From an uncultured Methylomirabilota bacterium (lineage in GTDB: Bacteria; Methylomirabilota; Methylomirabilia; Methylomirabilales; 2-02-FULL-66-22): a stretch of 64,000 bases of DNA. The position numbers were made by a program, and so were the translations under genes. The DNA lies in contig OY970067.1 of the NCBI GenBank assembly GCA_963705305.1, positions 2,944,001 through 3,008,000 of the forward strand, read 5' to 3'. Shown piece by piece: positions 11,419-21,136 of this stretch (within the stretch, counting starts at the first letter, position 1; each line of letters begins with the position of its first letter). Below the pieces are notes generated by a model. The model made no database searches and had not been told where the DNA came from. It was given only the letters and a program-made list of their open reading frames with translations.

Positions 11419-12108
11419 ATGCTCATGAAACCTGACGACAAGCTTCGCGATTTGTCGATGCGCACGGGGAAGGCGGTCGCCCACTCTTGGAAGACTCGGA
11501 CAGGACAGCAAGATAGGCAGCGGAAGACCGGGAAGGCCGACCAGGGACTGCGCAGCGCCGTCACCGGCGGCGCGCAGATGGACGGATTCATCGACCTCTT
11601 CACGGAGTTGATAACGGCAGCCGGGATTTTTCCGTCCCCCAAAGAGTGGGACCTGCTCGTGGTGCGCGAGAAGACGCTCCTTGCCGCGATCGAGGCCAAG
11701 TCCCAGGTGGGTCCATCCTTTGGCAACAACTTCAACAACCGAACTGAGGAGGCGATCGGAAGCGCCCTTGACCTCTGGACCGCATACCGCGAACATGCCT
11801 ACCTGAGCAGCCCCCAGCCTTTCCTTGGCTATTTCTTCATGCTGGAAGACTGTGTCGCCTCCAATCGCCCGGTCAAGGTGCAGGAGCCGCATTTCAAAGT
11901 GTTTCCCGAATTCGTCGACGCCTCGTACATGCGCCGCTATGAAGTCTTCTGCCGCAAGCTCGTGCTGGAGCGGCATTACACGGCAGCGGCGTTCATCTCG
12001 TCCACGGCGTACGACGGGATTGGGGGACGCTTCTCGACGCCGGCGGACGACCTGTCCGTCGAGCGTTTCGCGAAGACACTCGCGGCCCACTTGGCCGCCT
12101 TTGCGTGA
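11419..12108 (+). CDS. PaeR7I/XhoI-family type II restriction endonuclease, probably degenerate
   Basis: KADQG, MDGF, WDLLV, EAKSQVGPSFGNNFNNRTEEAIG signature; segment between MDGF and WDLLV looks shortened. Confidence 0.8.
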   Translation: MLMKPDDKLRDLSMRTGKAVAHSWKTRTGQQDRQRKTGKADQGLRSAVTGGAQMDGFIDLFTELITAAGIFPSPKEWDLLVVREKTLLAAIEAKSQVGPSFGNNFNNRTEEAIGSALDLWTAYREHAYLSSPQPFLGYFFMLEDCVASNRPVKVQEPHFKVFPEFVDASYMRRYEVFCRKLVLERHYTAAAFISSTAYDGIGGRFSTPADDLSVERFAKTLAAHLAAFA

Positions 12109-12112
12109 ACCC

Positions 12113-13020
12113 ATGGTCACTACGATTCACAGGCTGATCAACGGCGACGCGAGGGAGCTCGCGTACCTGGATGATGCTTCGGTTCATCTTGTCGTCACGT
12201 CTCCCCCGTATTGGAATCTGAAGCGCTACAACGAGAACCCGGACCAGCTCGCCATATTCAGGACTACGAGGCGTTCCTGTTCGAGCTGGAAAAGGTCTGG
12301 CGGCATGTCTACAGGATCCTCGTGCCGGGTGGGCGACTCGTGTGTGTGGTGGGAGACGTCTGCGTCGCGCGCCGCGACTTCGGACGCCACCTCGTCTTTC
12401 CCCTCCACGCCGACATCTGTGTCATGTGTCGACGGATCGGATTCGACAACCTGAACCCCATCATCTGGCACAAGATCGCCAACGCCTCCTACGAAGTGGA
12501 AAACGGCTCCAAGTTTCTCGGAAAGCCCTACGAGCCGAATGCCATCGTGAAGAACGATATGGAGTTTATCCTGATGCAGCGAAAGCCCGGGGGCTACAGG
12601 AAACCAACGAACGCGCAACGAGAGGCAAGCAAGATTGCCAAAGACGACTTTGACCGGTGGTTTCAACAGATCTGGACCATCACCGGAGCCTCAACCAAAG
12701 ACTACCCAGCCCCCTTCCCGCTGGAACTTGCCACACGCCTGGTCCGCATGTTCTCCTTCACCGAGGACACGGTCCTGGACCCGTTCAGCGGGTCAGGCAC
12801 GACGATGGTCGCCGCCCTGCGCCACGGACGAAACAGCATTGGTGTTGAGATCGATCCGGAATACTGCCGCATGACCGCCCGGTATCTGAAAGCCGAGACG
12901 GCCGACCTCTTCACGAAAGCGGAACTTCGCTTTGAGAAAGCACCTACAGAAACCACCGCGTTCGTGAGAGAAGAGCGCGCCCTGTACGAGGTCCGGCCGG
13001 CCAGAAAGAAGCTTGAATAG
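12113..13020 (+). pseudogene. Beta-class N4/N6 DNA methyltransferase, frameshifted near 12251
   Basis: VVTSPPY (motif IV) in the frame from ATG 12113; HIQDYE onward, including DPFSGSGT (motif I), in another frame; a 1-nt loss at ctc-gc-cat explains the shift. Confidence 0.85.
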
Positions 13021-13088
13021 TCAAACAAAACTGTGTCGGTCGAAAAGCTTGCCACGGCATTCCGGCGCCGCTAAGTTGGGCGTTGGGC
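13020..13088 (+). other. Possible degenerate integron attC site
   Basis: GTCAAAC at the MTase stop and GCCGCTAAGTTGGGCGTTGGGC ending in GTTRRRY, about 20 nt before the next ATG; inner pairing poor. Confidence 0.35.
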
Positions 13089-13110
13089 GGGCGCGCCCTG
13101 CGGAGGCTTT

Positions 13111-13569
13111 ATGGTAGTCGTTTCACTGCGCGAGATCATCGAGGAGCTGGAGCTACAGAGCGAGGAGGCGGTTATCTATCTGAACCGTGTGACGGGCGAG
13201 ATTGTCCGAGTCTCGGAGGAGGAAAGCCGGCTGGTCGAAAACGACGAGCCGGACGACAGCCTACCGGAGTGGTAGCGGGAGATGCTCCCGAAAATCCGTG
13301 AGGCCCTCGAGTCCGATGACTTCCTCCAGTTGCCCAATCGTTTCGAGATCAATGAGTGGAGCATCATGGAGCGCTTTGCGGAGAGCCAAGAGAACCGCGA
13401 GCATCGAGAGGCCCTTCGCGAGGCGATTCACGGAAAGGGCGCGTTCCGGCGCTTTCGCGAAACGCTTCGTGACCTGGACCTCGAGGACGCATGGTACCGA
13501 TTTCGCGAGCTGGCGCTCGAGGAGATCGCCAAGGACTGGCTGAATGCCAACGGCATCAGCTACCGGTAG
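13111..13569 (+). pseudogene. UPF0158 family protein with in-frame TAG
   Basis: ATG 13111 with GGAGG RBS: MVVVSLREIIEELELQSEE..YLNRVTGEIV..LPEW*REMLP..HGKGAFRRFRE..W; TAG at 13273-13275. Confidence 0.8.
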
Positions 13570-13574
13570 TAATT

Positions 13575-13754
13575 TTTGTGGGACGTTGCTGACTGAGTGG
13601 AACAACTCCCAGTAGCATCCCACCCGCTTCGGGGGATCAAGCGCGTGGAGGCATATCCCGGCAGACCCCGCTGACGTTTTCCCGCCGCACGTAATAACTG
13701 CTGTCGCCTCTGGCGACGAAACTACAGTCCAATGAGTCAACAACGTCCCCCAAA
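13575..13754. repeat. 180-bp MITE/REP-like unit bounded by 27-bp imperfect inverted repeats
   Basis: TTTGTGGGACGTTGCTGACTGAGTGGA (13575-13601) versus TCCAATGAGTCAACAACGTCCCCCAAA (13728-13754), 23/27 complementary. Confidence 0.65.
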
Positions 13755-13899
13755 GTATCGGGCGGCCGCCTATGAACTGGGGGACGCTGCATTATCTGCG
13801 CAATTCATGACCTCGCGCGCGCGCCGGGTGCATGACATCGTGCGGGCGAGATGCTAGACTGCCTCAGCGCTTTTGCGTGCTGTCACAACGGGAGGCCCA

Positions 13900-14202
13900 G
13901 TGGCCCACACCTGCATCATTCAGGGAGAGCGCGGGGTGCCGGACGACGGCTATCGAGCCGTGATTGAGATCACCGCCAACATCCCCATGCCCGGCAGCAG
14001 TAACGCCGTCCGCGGTCTGTCGCCTTGGATCACCACCATCCTCCCATGCCCGGATTGCGGCCAGACGATGCTGTGGGCCGAGAACAGATATGGTCCCTGG
14101 CACCGGATCTGCGAAGGCTGCGGCTCTCACTGGACCGTGACCCCCGAGGACATGGTCGAGGACCGGCAACGCGTTGTGATCCAGCGCGCCAGGTTCCCTT
14201 AG
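13900..14202 (+). CDS. Hypothetical zinc-ribbon protein
   Basis: GGGAGG RBS plus GTG 13900; CPDC and CEGC pairs. Confidence 0.5.
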   Translation: MAHTCIIQGERGVPDDGYRAVIEITANIPMPGSSNAVRGLSPWITTILPCPDCGQTMLWAENRYGPWHRICEGCGSHWTVTPEDMVEDRQRVVIQRARFP

Positions 14203-14221
14203 GCCAGGTCCAGATTTCGGA

Positions 14222-14361
14222 CTCACGCAAAGATCGCCAAGACAAGCCGTTCATTTCGAAATTCGAACTTCGAAATTCGAATTTTCCCTGCACTACTTTG
14301 CGACCTTTGCGTCTTGGCGTGAGGAATATCCAAGTGTGGTCTCACGCAAAGATCTCCAGGA
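14222..14361. repeat. REP-like palindromic cluster with internal TTCGAA(A/C/T) short repeats
   Basis: CTCACGCAAAGATC at 14222 and 14341; inverted partner CTTTGCGTCTTGGCGTGAG at about 14305-14323; four TTCGAA units at about 14255-14281. Confidence 0.6.
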
Positions 14362-14382
14362 TTGAGGGGAAGGGTGGAGCCG

Positions 14383-14766
14383 ATGTGGAAGTACGCGCTC
14401 GCCTGGGTGCCGATGGTCCTCATCGCCATCCTAAACGGGGCCGTGCGGGAGGTGTGGTACGGGAAGTCCCTCGGTGAATTGCGCGCCCACCAGCTCTCCA
14501 CGCTGATCGGCGCGGTGCTTCTTGGGCTTTACATCTGGGGGATCTCCCGGCTCTGGCCGCTGGCATCGGGGCACCAGGCCCTGGCCGTGGGTGTACTCTG
14601 GCTGGTTCTGACCGTGGGCTTCGAGTTCCTGTTCGGGCACTACGTCGTCGGACACCCCTGGACCCGACTGTTCCACGACTACGACCTCCTGGCCGGGCGC
14701 GTCTGGAGCCTGCTCCTCCTCTGGGTGACGGTTGCGCCCTATCTCTTCTACCGCCTGGGCCGCTAG
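14383..14766 (+). CDS. Hypothetical 4-TM membrane protein
   Basis: Four hydrophobic segments, NGAVRE and FEFLFGHY; GGAG RBS. Confidence 0.75.
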   Translation: MWKYALAWVPMVLIAILNGAVREVWYGKSLGELRAHQLSTLIGAVLLGLYIWGISRLWPLASGHQALAVGVLWLVLTVGFEFLFGHYVVGHPWTRLFHDYDLLAGRVWSLLLLWVTVAPYLFYRLGR

Positions 14767-15933
14767 TCTAGTGTGTCATAAATACGGTGACTTATAGTAC
14801 GTACTCTGGTATGCTCCTCGGTGAGGAGGAGCAAGCCATGCGTGTGGCGGTGCCGATTGTGCTGAGCCCGCAGGAACGCACCATCTTGGAACGCTGGGCA
14901 CGGGGGCGGCGCACCCCCGCGCGCCTCGTGCGCCGGGCGCAGATCGTCCTGCGCGCGGCGGCGGGGCAGCGGAACGACGAGGTCGCCCGGGCCCTGGACA
15001 CGGATCGCGAGTGTGTGGGTCGGTGGCGGACTCGCTTCGCCCAGCAGCGGCTGGCCGGGATCGAGCGGGATGCCCCGCGCCCCGGCCGGACGCCCGCCAT
15101 CGCCCCGGCGGTCCTGCAGCGCATCGTCACCCTGACGACAACCAGCGCGCCGCCCGCCGCCACCCACTGGAGCACGCGGACCCTGGCGGCCGCGGTCGGC
15201 GTGAGCCCGAAGACCGTGCACCGGGTCTGGCAGGCCCACGGCCTGAAGCCGCATCGGGTCCGCCCGTTCAAGGTGAGCCGCGACCGGCGGTTCCTCGAGA
15301 AGCTGACCGATGTGGTGGGGCTGTACCTGAATCCCCCTGAGCACGCGTTGGTGCTGTGCGCCGACGAGAAGAGCCAGATCCAAGCGCTCGACCGCACCCA
15401 ACCCGGCCTCCCGCTGAAGAAGGGCCGGTGCGGCACCCTGACCCACGACTACAAGCGGAACGGCACGACCACGCTCTTCGCCGCCCTGGGGCTCGTGACG
15501 GGCCAGCTCATCGGCACGTGCCTGCCCAAGCATCGGCACCAGGAGTGGCTCCGGTTCCTCCGGCTGATCGACGCGCAGACCCCGCCCGACCTGGACCTCC
15601 ACCTGATCGTGGACAACTACGCCACCCATAAACACCCTGCGGTCCAGCGCTGGCTCGCCCGCCACCCACGCTTCCACATGCACTTCATTCCGACCAGCAG
15701 CTCGTGGTTGAATCTCATCGAGCGGTGGTTCCGGGAGCTCACGACCAAGCGGCTCCGCCGGGGCGTCTTCAAGAGCGTCGCCGACCTCATCGCCGCCATT
15801 GAGGCCTTCATCGCACACCACAACCGCCACCCCCGGTCGTTCACCTGGACGGCCAAGGTGGAGGACATCCTGGCGAAAGTCGAGCGGGCTCGAGCAGTGC
15901 TGCATAAGATGGCATCTGTGTGACACGGTAGAC
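14766..15933 (+). mobile_element. IS630-family insertion sequence
   Basis: Imperfect IRs GTCTAGTGTGTCA / TGACACGGTAGAC; TA duplicated at 14764-65 and 15934-35 in a CTAG target. Confidence 0.88.
14838..15923 (+). CDS. IS630-family transposase
   Basis: [58 protein letters not shown]. Confidence 0.95.
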   Translation: MRVAVPIVLSPQERTILERWARGRRTPARLVRRAQIVLRAAAGQRNDEVARALDTDRECVGRWRTRFAQQRLAGIERDAPRPGRTPAIAPAVLQRIVTLTTTSAPPAATHWSTRTLAAAVGVSPKTVHRVWQAHGLKPHRVRPFKVSRDRRFLEKLTDVVGLYLNPPEHALVLCADEKSQIQALDRTQPGLPLKKGRCGTLTHDYKRNGTTTLFAALGLVTGQLIGTCLPKHRHQEWLRFLRLIDAQTPPDLDLHLIVDNYATHKHPAVQRWLARHPRFHMHFIPTSSSWLNLIERWFRELTTKRLRRGVFKSVADLIAAIEAFIAHHNRHPRSFTWTAKVEDILAKVERARAVLHKMASV

Positions 15934-16090
15934 TAGCAGGCTGCTGAAAAGCGCCCATATGCGGCGTTGCCCCGCTCCCGCGGCGCTGCGGCGTACGGGC
16001 TAAGTACGCCTCGCGCCTCGGATCGCGTGCGCCTTGCATCTGGGCGTTTTGAGCAGCCTCAGCGAAATCGAGCTCTTCAGCATCCCGCTA
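15934..16090. repeat. 157-bp MITE-like interspersed element
   Basis: Terminal IRs TAGCAGGCTGCTGAA / TTCAGCATCCCGCTA (13/15); internal palindromic arm TTTTGAGCAGCCT. Confidence 0.7.
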
Positions 16091-16400
16091 ACCGGCCGGG
16101 ACTCCTCTGACCCGCGGCATGCCTCCCTCGCCGCACCTTCGCTCCGTCTTTTGCTCTGCCCGGAGAGCGCGCATGCCACGGTTGCCCTTGTCCCCCGCCC
16201 GTGCCCGCCGTAAGCGCTTGGGTTCTTCGAGGAGAGAGTCCGAACGAGGATGGACGAACAACGAGGTGTGCGATAAGATCGCCACCGACGGTGGCGTCGG
16301 GGTCTTCGGGGCAGGGAGCGGGGAGAAGCCATGAAGGCGAAGCCCCTCGGAACGCCTGGGGACAAGGGAGACCGACGGCGCTCCACCAAGGAGATCGACG

Positions 16401-18815
16401 ATGGCGATGACCAGCTGCCAGGGGATCCGGGAACAAGGTACCTTCCAGGGCGCGAGTCGGGCCACTCCCCGCATCCGGCGCCTGCGGGAGCGGATGCTGG
16501 CGGCCGTTCCGGAGATCACCGTTGAGCGGGCCGTCGTGATCACCGAGTCCTACCGGGAGACGGAGGCAGAGCCGATCGAGATCCGCCGCGCGCTGGCGCT
16601 GGACAGGATCCTCCGGCGCATGACGATCTTCATCCTGGAGGACGAGCTGATCGTCGGCCACCTGTGCGACAAGTATCGCTGCTCGCCGGTCCACCCCGAG
16701 GTGAACGTCCAGTGGATTCTGGACGACGAAGAGCTGGAGTCCATCCAGACGCGGCGCCAGAACCGGCTTCTGGTCTCCGACGAGACGAAGGCCGCGCTGC
16801 GCGAGGTGGCCCGCTACTGGCAGGGCAAGACCCTCTTCGACAGGTCGTGGGCCGCCCTCCCGGAGTCGGTGCGACGCATGCGGCGGACGGGGGGCATGAC
16901 CCTGGCCCACGAGAAGAACATGCTGGGCCACTGCATCCCCGACTGGAATCATCTGCTCCAGCAGGGCTTCGGCGGCCTGCGGGAAGAGGTGGAGGCCAGG
17001 CTGGGCCGGCTCAACCTGGCCGACCCCGACGACCTCGCCAAGTGGAACTTCCTGCGATCCCTGGTCATCGTCATCGACGCCTGCTCGGCCTTTATCCGGC
17101 GCTACGCCGCTCTGGCGGCGCAGATGGCGGACGCCGCCCCCGAGGGGGAGCGCCGGGCGGAGCTCCAGCGGATCGCCGCAGTGTGCGAGGCCATAGCGGT
17201 GGGTCCGCCGCGGGGCTTCCAGGAGGCGCTGCAGCTCCTCTGGTTCGGCCACCTGGTCACGGTCATCGAGGGGGACGCGCGCTCCACCTCGTACGGCCGG
17301 CTGGATCAGTACATGCTCCCGTTCTACCGGCGGGACATCGAGGCGGGCACTCTCACGCCGGAGCGGGCGCAGGAGCTGCTGGAGTGCTTCTGGATCAAGC
17401 CCAACGAGATGATCCTGCTGGACGACCGCGAGCACGCCACGTACCGGGGCGGGTATCCGAACGGGTGGAACCTGGTGGTGGGCGGGATGACCAGGGAGGG
17501 GCTCGACGCCGCCAACGAGCTGTCCTACATGTGCCTGCAGGCCTTCGAGGACGTGCGGCTGTTCCAGCCCAACTTCGGGGTGCGCATCTTCCGCGGCTCC
17601 CCCGAGCCGTTCCTGCGCCGCACCTACGAGGTCATCGGCCTGGGGACGGGGATTCCCCAGGTCTTCAACGACGAGGTCGTCGTGCAGGCGTTGGCGCGCT
17701 CGGGCCTCCCCATCGAGGAGGCTCGCGATTATACGGCCACCGGCTGTGTGGAGCACGCGACGCCGGCGGTGTGGATTCGCGGGAACGGCGGCTGGATCAA
17801 TCTGGCCAAGGCCGTCGAGTTCGCTCTGAACGACGGCCGCTGCGCCCTGACCGGGCAGCAGGTGGGCCTCCGGACGGGAGACGCCGCATCGTTCCAGACG
17901 TACGAGGAGTTCGAGGCGGCCGTGAAAAGACAGCTCGCCTACGAGATCGAGCAGATGGTGATCGAGAACAACATCATCGATGGGATTCATGCCGGGCTGG
18001 TCCCGGAGCTGCTCGTCTCGCTGCTCATCCGCGACTGCGTGGCGAAAGGAAGGTCGGCAGCCGCGGGGGGAGCGCGATACAACTACACCAGTCCCATGTC
18101 CATCGGCGTGGCGACGTTGGCCGACTCCCTGGCCGCCGTGAAGAAACTGGTCTTCGAAGAGCGGCGGATCGAGATAGACACGCTGCGCGCCGCCCTGGCC
18201 GCCGATTTTGTGGGGGTTGAGACGCTCCGGCAGATGCTGTGCAATCGCGCGCCGAAGTACGGGAACGACGACGATTACGTGGATCGCATCGCGATCGAGA
18301 TGCAGCGCTTCTTCGCTGAGGAGCTCCGGGAATACCGGTCGCCCCGGGGCGGGACCTTCCGGCCGGGCTTCTGGACGGTCCTGGCCAACATGGGCCTGGG
18401 GCGGCTGACGGGGGCCACCCCCGACGGGCGAAAGGCGGGGGAGCCGCTATCGGATTCCATCGGCCCCTCCAACGGCTGCGACCGGCAGGACACCACGGCG
18501 GTGCTCTGCTCCGCCGGGAAGATCGACCAGACGCTGGCGGCGAACGGGACGGTCCTGAACCTGCGGTTGTCTCCGGCCCTGGTCGCGGGCCAGGGGGGTG
18601 TGTCCCGCATCGGTCATCTCATCAAGTCGTATTTCGACATGGGGGGCGGCCAGCTGGCCATCACGGTGGTATCCACGGACACCCTGCGCGAGGCCCAGCG
18701 GCACCCCGATCGCTACCGGGATCTCTTGGTGAAAGTGGCCGGGTACGCCGCCTTCTTCGTGGAACTGGGCGAGCAGGCGCAGAACGAGATCATCCTCAGA
18801 AGCGAGCACAGCTGA
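16401..18815 (+). CDS. Glycyl radical enzyme (PFL-like family), substrate unknown
   Basis: GRLDQY, Cys loop GCVEH, APKYGNDD, ATPDGRKAG, Gly loop LLVKVAGY; AAGGAG RBS. Confidence 0.93.
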   Translation: MAMTSCQGIREQGTFQGASRATPRIRRLRERMLAAVPEITVERAVVITESYRETEAEPIEIRRALALDRILRRMTIFILEDELIVGHLCDKYRCSPVHPEVNVQWILDDEELESIQTRRQNRLLVSDETKAALREVARYWQGKTLFDRSWAALPESVRRMRRTGGMTLAHEKNMLGHCIPDWNHLLQQGFGGLREEVEARLGRLNLADPDDLAKWNFLRSLVIVIDACSAFIRRYAALAAQMADAAPEGERRAELQRIAAVCEAIAVGPPRGFQEALQLLWFGHLVTVIEGDARSTSYGRLDQYMLPFYRRDIEAGTLTPERAQELLECFWIKPNEMILLDDREHATYRGGYPNGWNLVVGGMTREGLDAANELSYMCLQAFEDVRLFQPNFGVRIFRGSPEPFLRRTYEVIGLGTGIPQVFNDEVVVQALARSGLPIEEARDYTATGCVEHATPAVWIRGNGGWINLAKAVEFALNDGRCALTGQQVGLRTGDAASFQTYEEFEAAVKRQLAYEIEQMVIENNIIDGIHAGLVPELLVSLLIRDCVAKGRSAAAGGARYNYTSPMSIGVATLADSLAAVKKLVFEERRIEIDTLRAALAADFVGVETLRQMLCNRAPKYGNDDDYVDRIAIEMQRFFAEELREYRSPRGGTFRPGFWTVLANMGLGRLTGATPDGRKAGEPLSDSIGPSNGCDRQDTTAVLCSAGKIDQTLAANGTVLNLRLSPALVAGQGGVSRIGHLIKSYFDMGGGQLAITVVSTDTLREAQRHPDRYRDLLVKVAGYAAFFVELGEQAQNEIILRSEHS

Positions 18816-19780
18816 TGGGGCCGACGGAGGGACAGGCCCGCGCCGCCGGCCCGCTGGCGGAGGCGACGGGTGACACGGCGCGCGGGCTCGTGGCCAGCAT
18901 ACGCCGCTTGGCCGTCCACGACGGCCCCGGCATCCGGACGATCGTCTTCATGAAGGGATGCCCCCTGCGGTGCGTCTGGTGCGCCGCCCCCGAGACCCAG
19001 TTGCCGGGTCGGGAGATCCTCCACTATCCCGAGCGCTGTCTCGGCTGCGAACTGTGCCGCCAGGCCTGCCCCGAGGGGGCCATCGCGGTCGCTTCGGACG
19101 CGGACCGCCGCATCGACCGGTCTCGCTGCACCCTATGCGGCCGCTGCGTCGAGGCATGCGCGGCCGAGGCGTTGCAGATGCCGGCCCGCGAGATGAGCGC
19201 GGCCGAGGTGCTGGCCGAGGTGGAGCGGGACCGGATGTTCTACCGGCACTCCGGCGGGGGGGTGACCATCTCCGGGGGGGAGCCCTTGATGCAGCCGGCC
19301 TTCACGTCGGCCCTTCTCCGCTCCTGCCGGCAGGCCGGCCTCCACACGGCGATGGAGACCTCTGGGCTCCAGTCCTGGGAGGTCTTCGCCGCCACGCTGG
19401 TCGACCTGGACCTTCTGCTGTACGATCTGAAGCTCATGGACCCCGAGGCGCACCGTCAATATACCGGCGCCTCCAACGAGCGGATCCTCGAAAATTTGGA
19501 GCGGGCCGTGGCCCGCGGAATTCCGACCGTCGTGCGCATCCCCGTGATCCCCGGATTCACCGACCAGGATTCCAACATCCTCGCCATGCGCCAGCTCCTC
19601 CGGGGCATCGGGCCGATCCGGCGCATCGATCTCTTGCCGTACCACCGGCTGGGGGAGGCGATGTACGCACGGCTGGGGCGGGAGTATGCCCTGAGCCTCC
19701 CGTTGGTGACCGACGAGCGGCTGGAGCACGTGGCCGGGCTGCTGCAGGCGGCAGGCTTTGTGGTCCAGGTCGGCGGGTGA
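18815..19780 (+). CDS. Glycyl radical enzyme activase (radical SAM with ferredoxin insert)
   Basis: HDGPGIRT, GCPLRCVWC, two CxxCxxCxxxC motifs, SGGEP, LLPYH; start overlaps the GRE stop. Confidence 0.95.
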   Translation: MGPTEGQARAAGPLAEATGDTARGLVASIRRLAVHDGPGIRTIVFMKGCPLRCVWCAAPETQLPGREILHYPERCLGCELCRQACPEGAIAVASDADRRIDRSRCTLCGRCVEACAAEALQMPAREMSAAEVLAEVERDRMFYRHSGGGVTISGGEPLMQPAFTSALLRSCRQAGLHTAMETSGLQSWEVFAATLVDLDLLLYDLKLMDPEAHRQYTGASNERILENLERAVARGIPTVVRIPVIPGFTDQDSNILAMRQLLRGIGPIRRIDLLPYHRLGEAMYARLGREYALSLPLVTDERLEHVAGLLQAAGFVVQVGG

Positions 19781-20006
19781 GCCGGTTTTCGAATCCTTCG
19801 GCATTCATCCCGCGCGCGCCGCCGCCGGTCGGCAAGGCTTGCCCTTGTGTCATCTCCACAGCTGCGGTACTCTTCCTTCCGGCTTGGCCCGCGTCCGGCG
19901 GGACCTGATCGAGTGTGAATTCGTCCTGGCGGTTCCGTCCAACGAGACAGGCGGAACTACGCGTCCGCCGTGGAGACCCTCCATCCCATGAAAGGAGCCC
20001 TCGCCC

Positions 20007-21050
20007 ATGCCGACACTTCGCTGCGAACCGCTGGAGCAGCTGGCGGTGAGCATCTTCCAGGCCATCGGCGTCCCCCCGGCCGGGGCGACCTGGATGGGCC
20101 AGCTCTTGGTCCGCGCCAATCTGCGCGGCCATGACTCCCACGGGGTCATCCGCATCCCTCAGTACGTGACCTCCTGGAAGAAGGGGGAGGCCGATCCGGC
20201 GGCCGACCCGCAAATTGTGCAGGAGGGACCCGCCACGGCCCTGGTGGATGGCAAGCGAGGATTCGGACAGATCGTGGCCCGCCGCGGGATGGAGATGGCC
20301 CTGGAGAAGGCCGCGGCCGTCGGGGTGGCGGCCGTGGGGGTGCACAACAGCAACCACATCGGCCGCCTGGCGGACTACACCGAGATGGCCGCCGAGCGGA
20401 ACATGCTGGCGTTCCTGGCGGTAAACGCCGCCGGCGCCGGCCTGCGGATGGCCCCCTGGGGCGGGCGCGCCGCCCGGCTGAGCACCAATCCGTTCGCTTT
20501 TGCCTGCCCGACCGGACGGGGCGTCCCCATCAGCTTCGACGTTGCCACCACCGTGGTGGCCGAAGGAAAGGTGCGCGTCAAGCGGAACCGCAAGGAGCCG
20601 CTGCCCCTCGGCTGGGTCCTCGACGCGCAAGGGAACCCCACCACGGATCCCAACGCCCTCTACGGCGATCCCCCAGGAACCATCCTGCCGGCGGGCGGCC
20701 ACAAGGGATACGCGCTGGCGCTGATGATCGAGGTGCTGGCGGGAGTCCTGGCGCGGGCGGGATACTCGCGGGAGAAGCCCGGACCGATCCTGAACGGCCT
20801 GCTCATGGTGGTGGTGGACATCGCCCGCTTCGTGTCAGCCGACACGTTCCGCGCCGAGGTGGACGACCTCACTCGCTACCTGAAGACGTCTCCCACGGTT
20901 CCCGGCGTCAAGGAGATCCTGACGCCGGGCGAACCAGAGGCCATGTGCGAGGCGGAGCGACGCCGGACGGGGATCTTCGTCGAGGAGCAGACTTGGGGCC
21001 AGATCGTGCAGGCGGCGGAGGGGTTGCGGGTGCCGGTGCCGTCCGTCTGA
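20007..21050 (+). CDS. Ldh_2-family (malate/L-lactate/sulfolactate-like) oxidoreductase
   Basis: GHDSHG, HIGRL, STNP, GGHKGY, PGEPE; AAGGAG RBS. Confidence 0.9.
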   Translation: MPTLRCEPLEQLAVSIFQAIGVPPAGATWMGQLLVRANLRGHDSHGVIRIPQYVTSWKKGEADPAADPQIVQEGPATALVDGKRGFGQIVARRGMEMALEKAAAVGVAAVGVHNSNHIGRLADYTEMAAERNMLAFLAVNAAGAGLRMAPWGGRAARLSTNPFAFACPTGRGVPISFDVATTVVAEGKVRVKRNRKEPLPLGWVLDAQGNPTTDPNALYGDPPGTILPAGGHKGYALALMIEVLAGVLARAGYSREKPGPILNGLLMVVVDIARFVSADTFRAEVDDLTRYLKTSPTVPGVKEILTPGEPEAMCEAERRRTGIFVEEQTWGQIVQAAEGLRVPVPSV

Positions 21051-21136
21051 TGTCGCCTGCGCGCCTGGCCGCCCGGACCGCCGTGGCTGCGTCCCGGGCG
21101 GCGATGCCGAGCGAGGCGGCCGGAAGGTGATGGGCT

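Noticed and set aside
13273..13275. Amber readthrough or recoding in the UPF0158 gene
   Set aside because: TAG is the true stop of hisS, thrB and others, and no pyl genes are visible; a CAG-to-TAG mutation is simpler.
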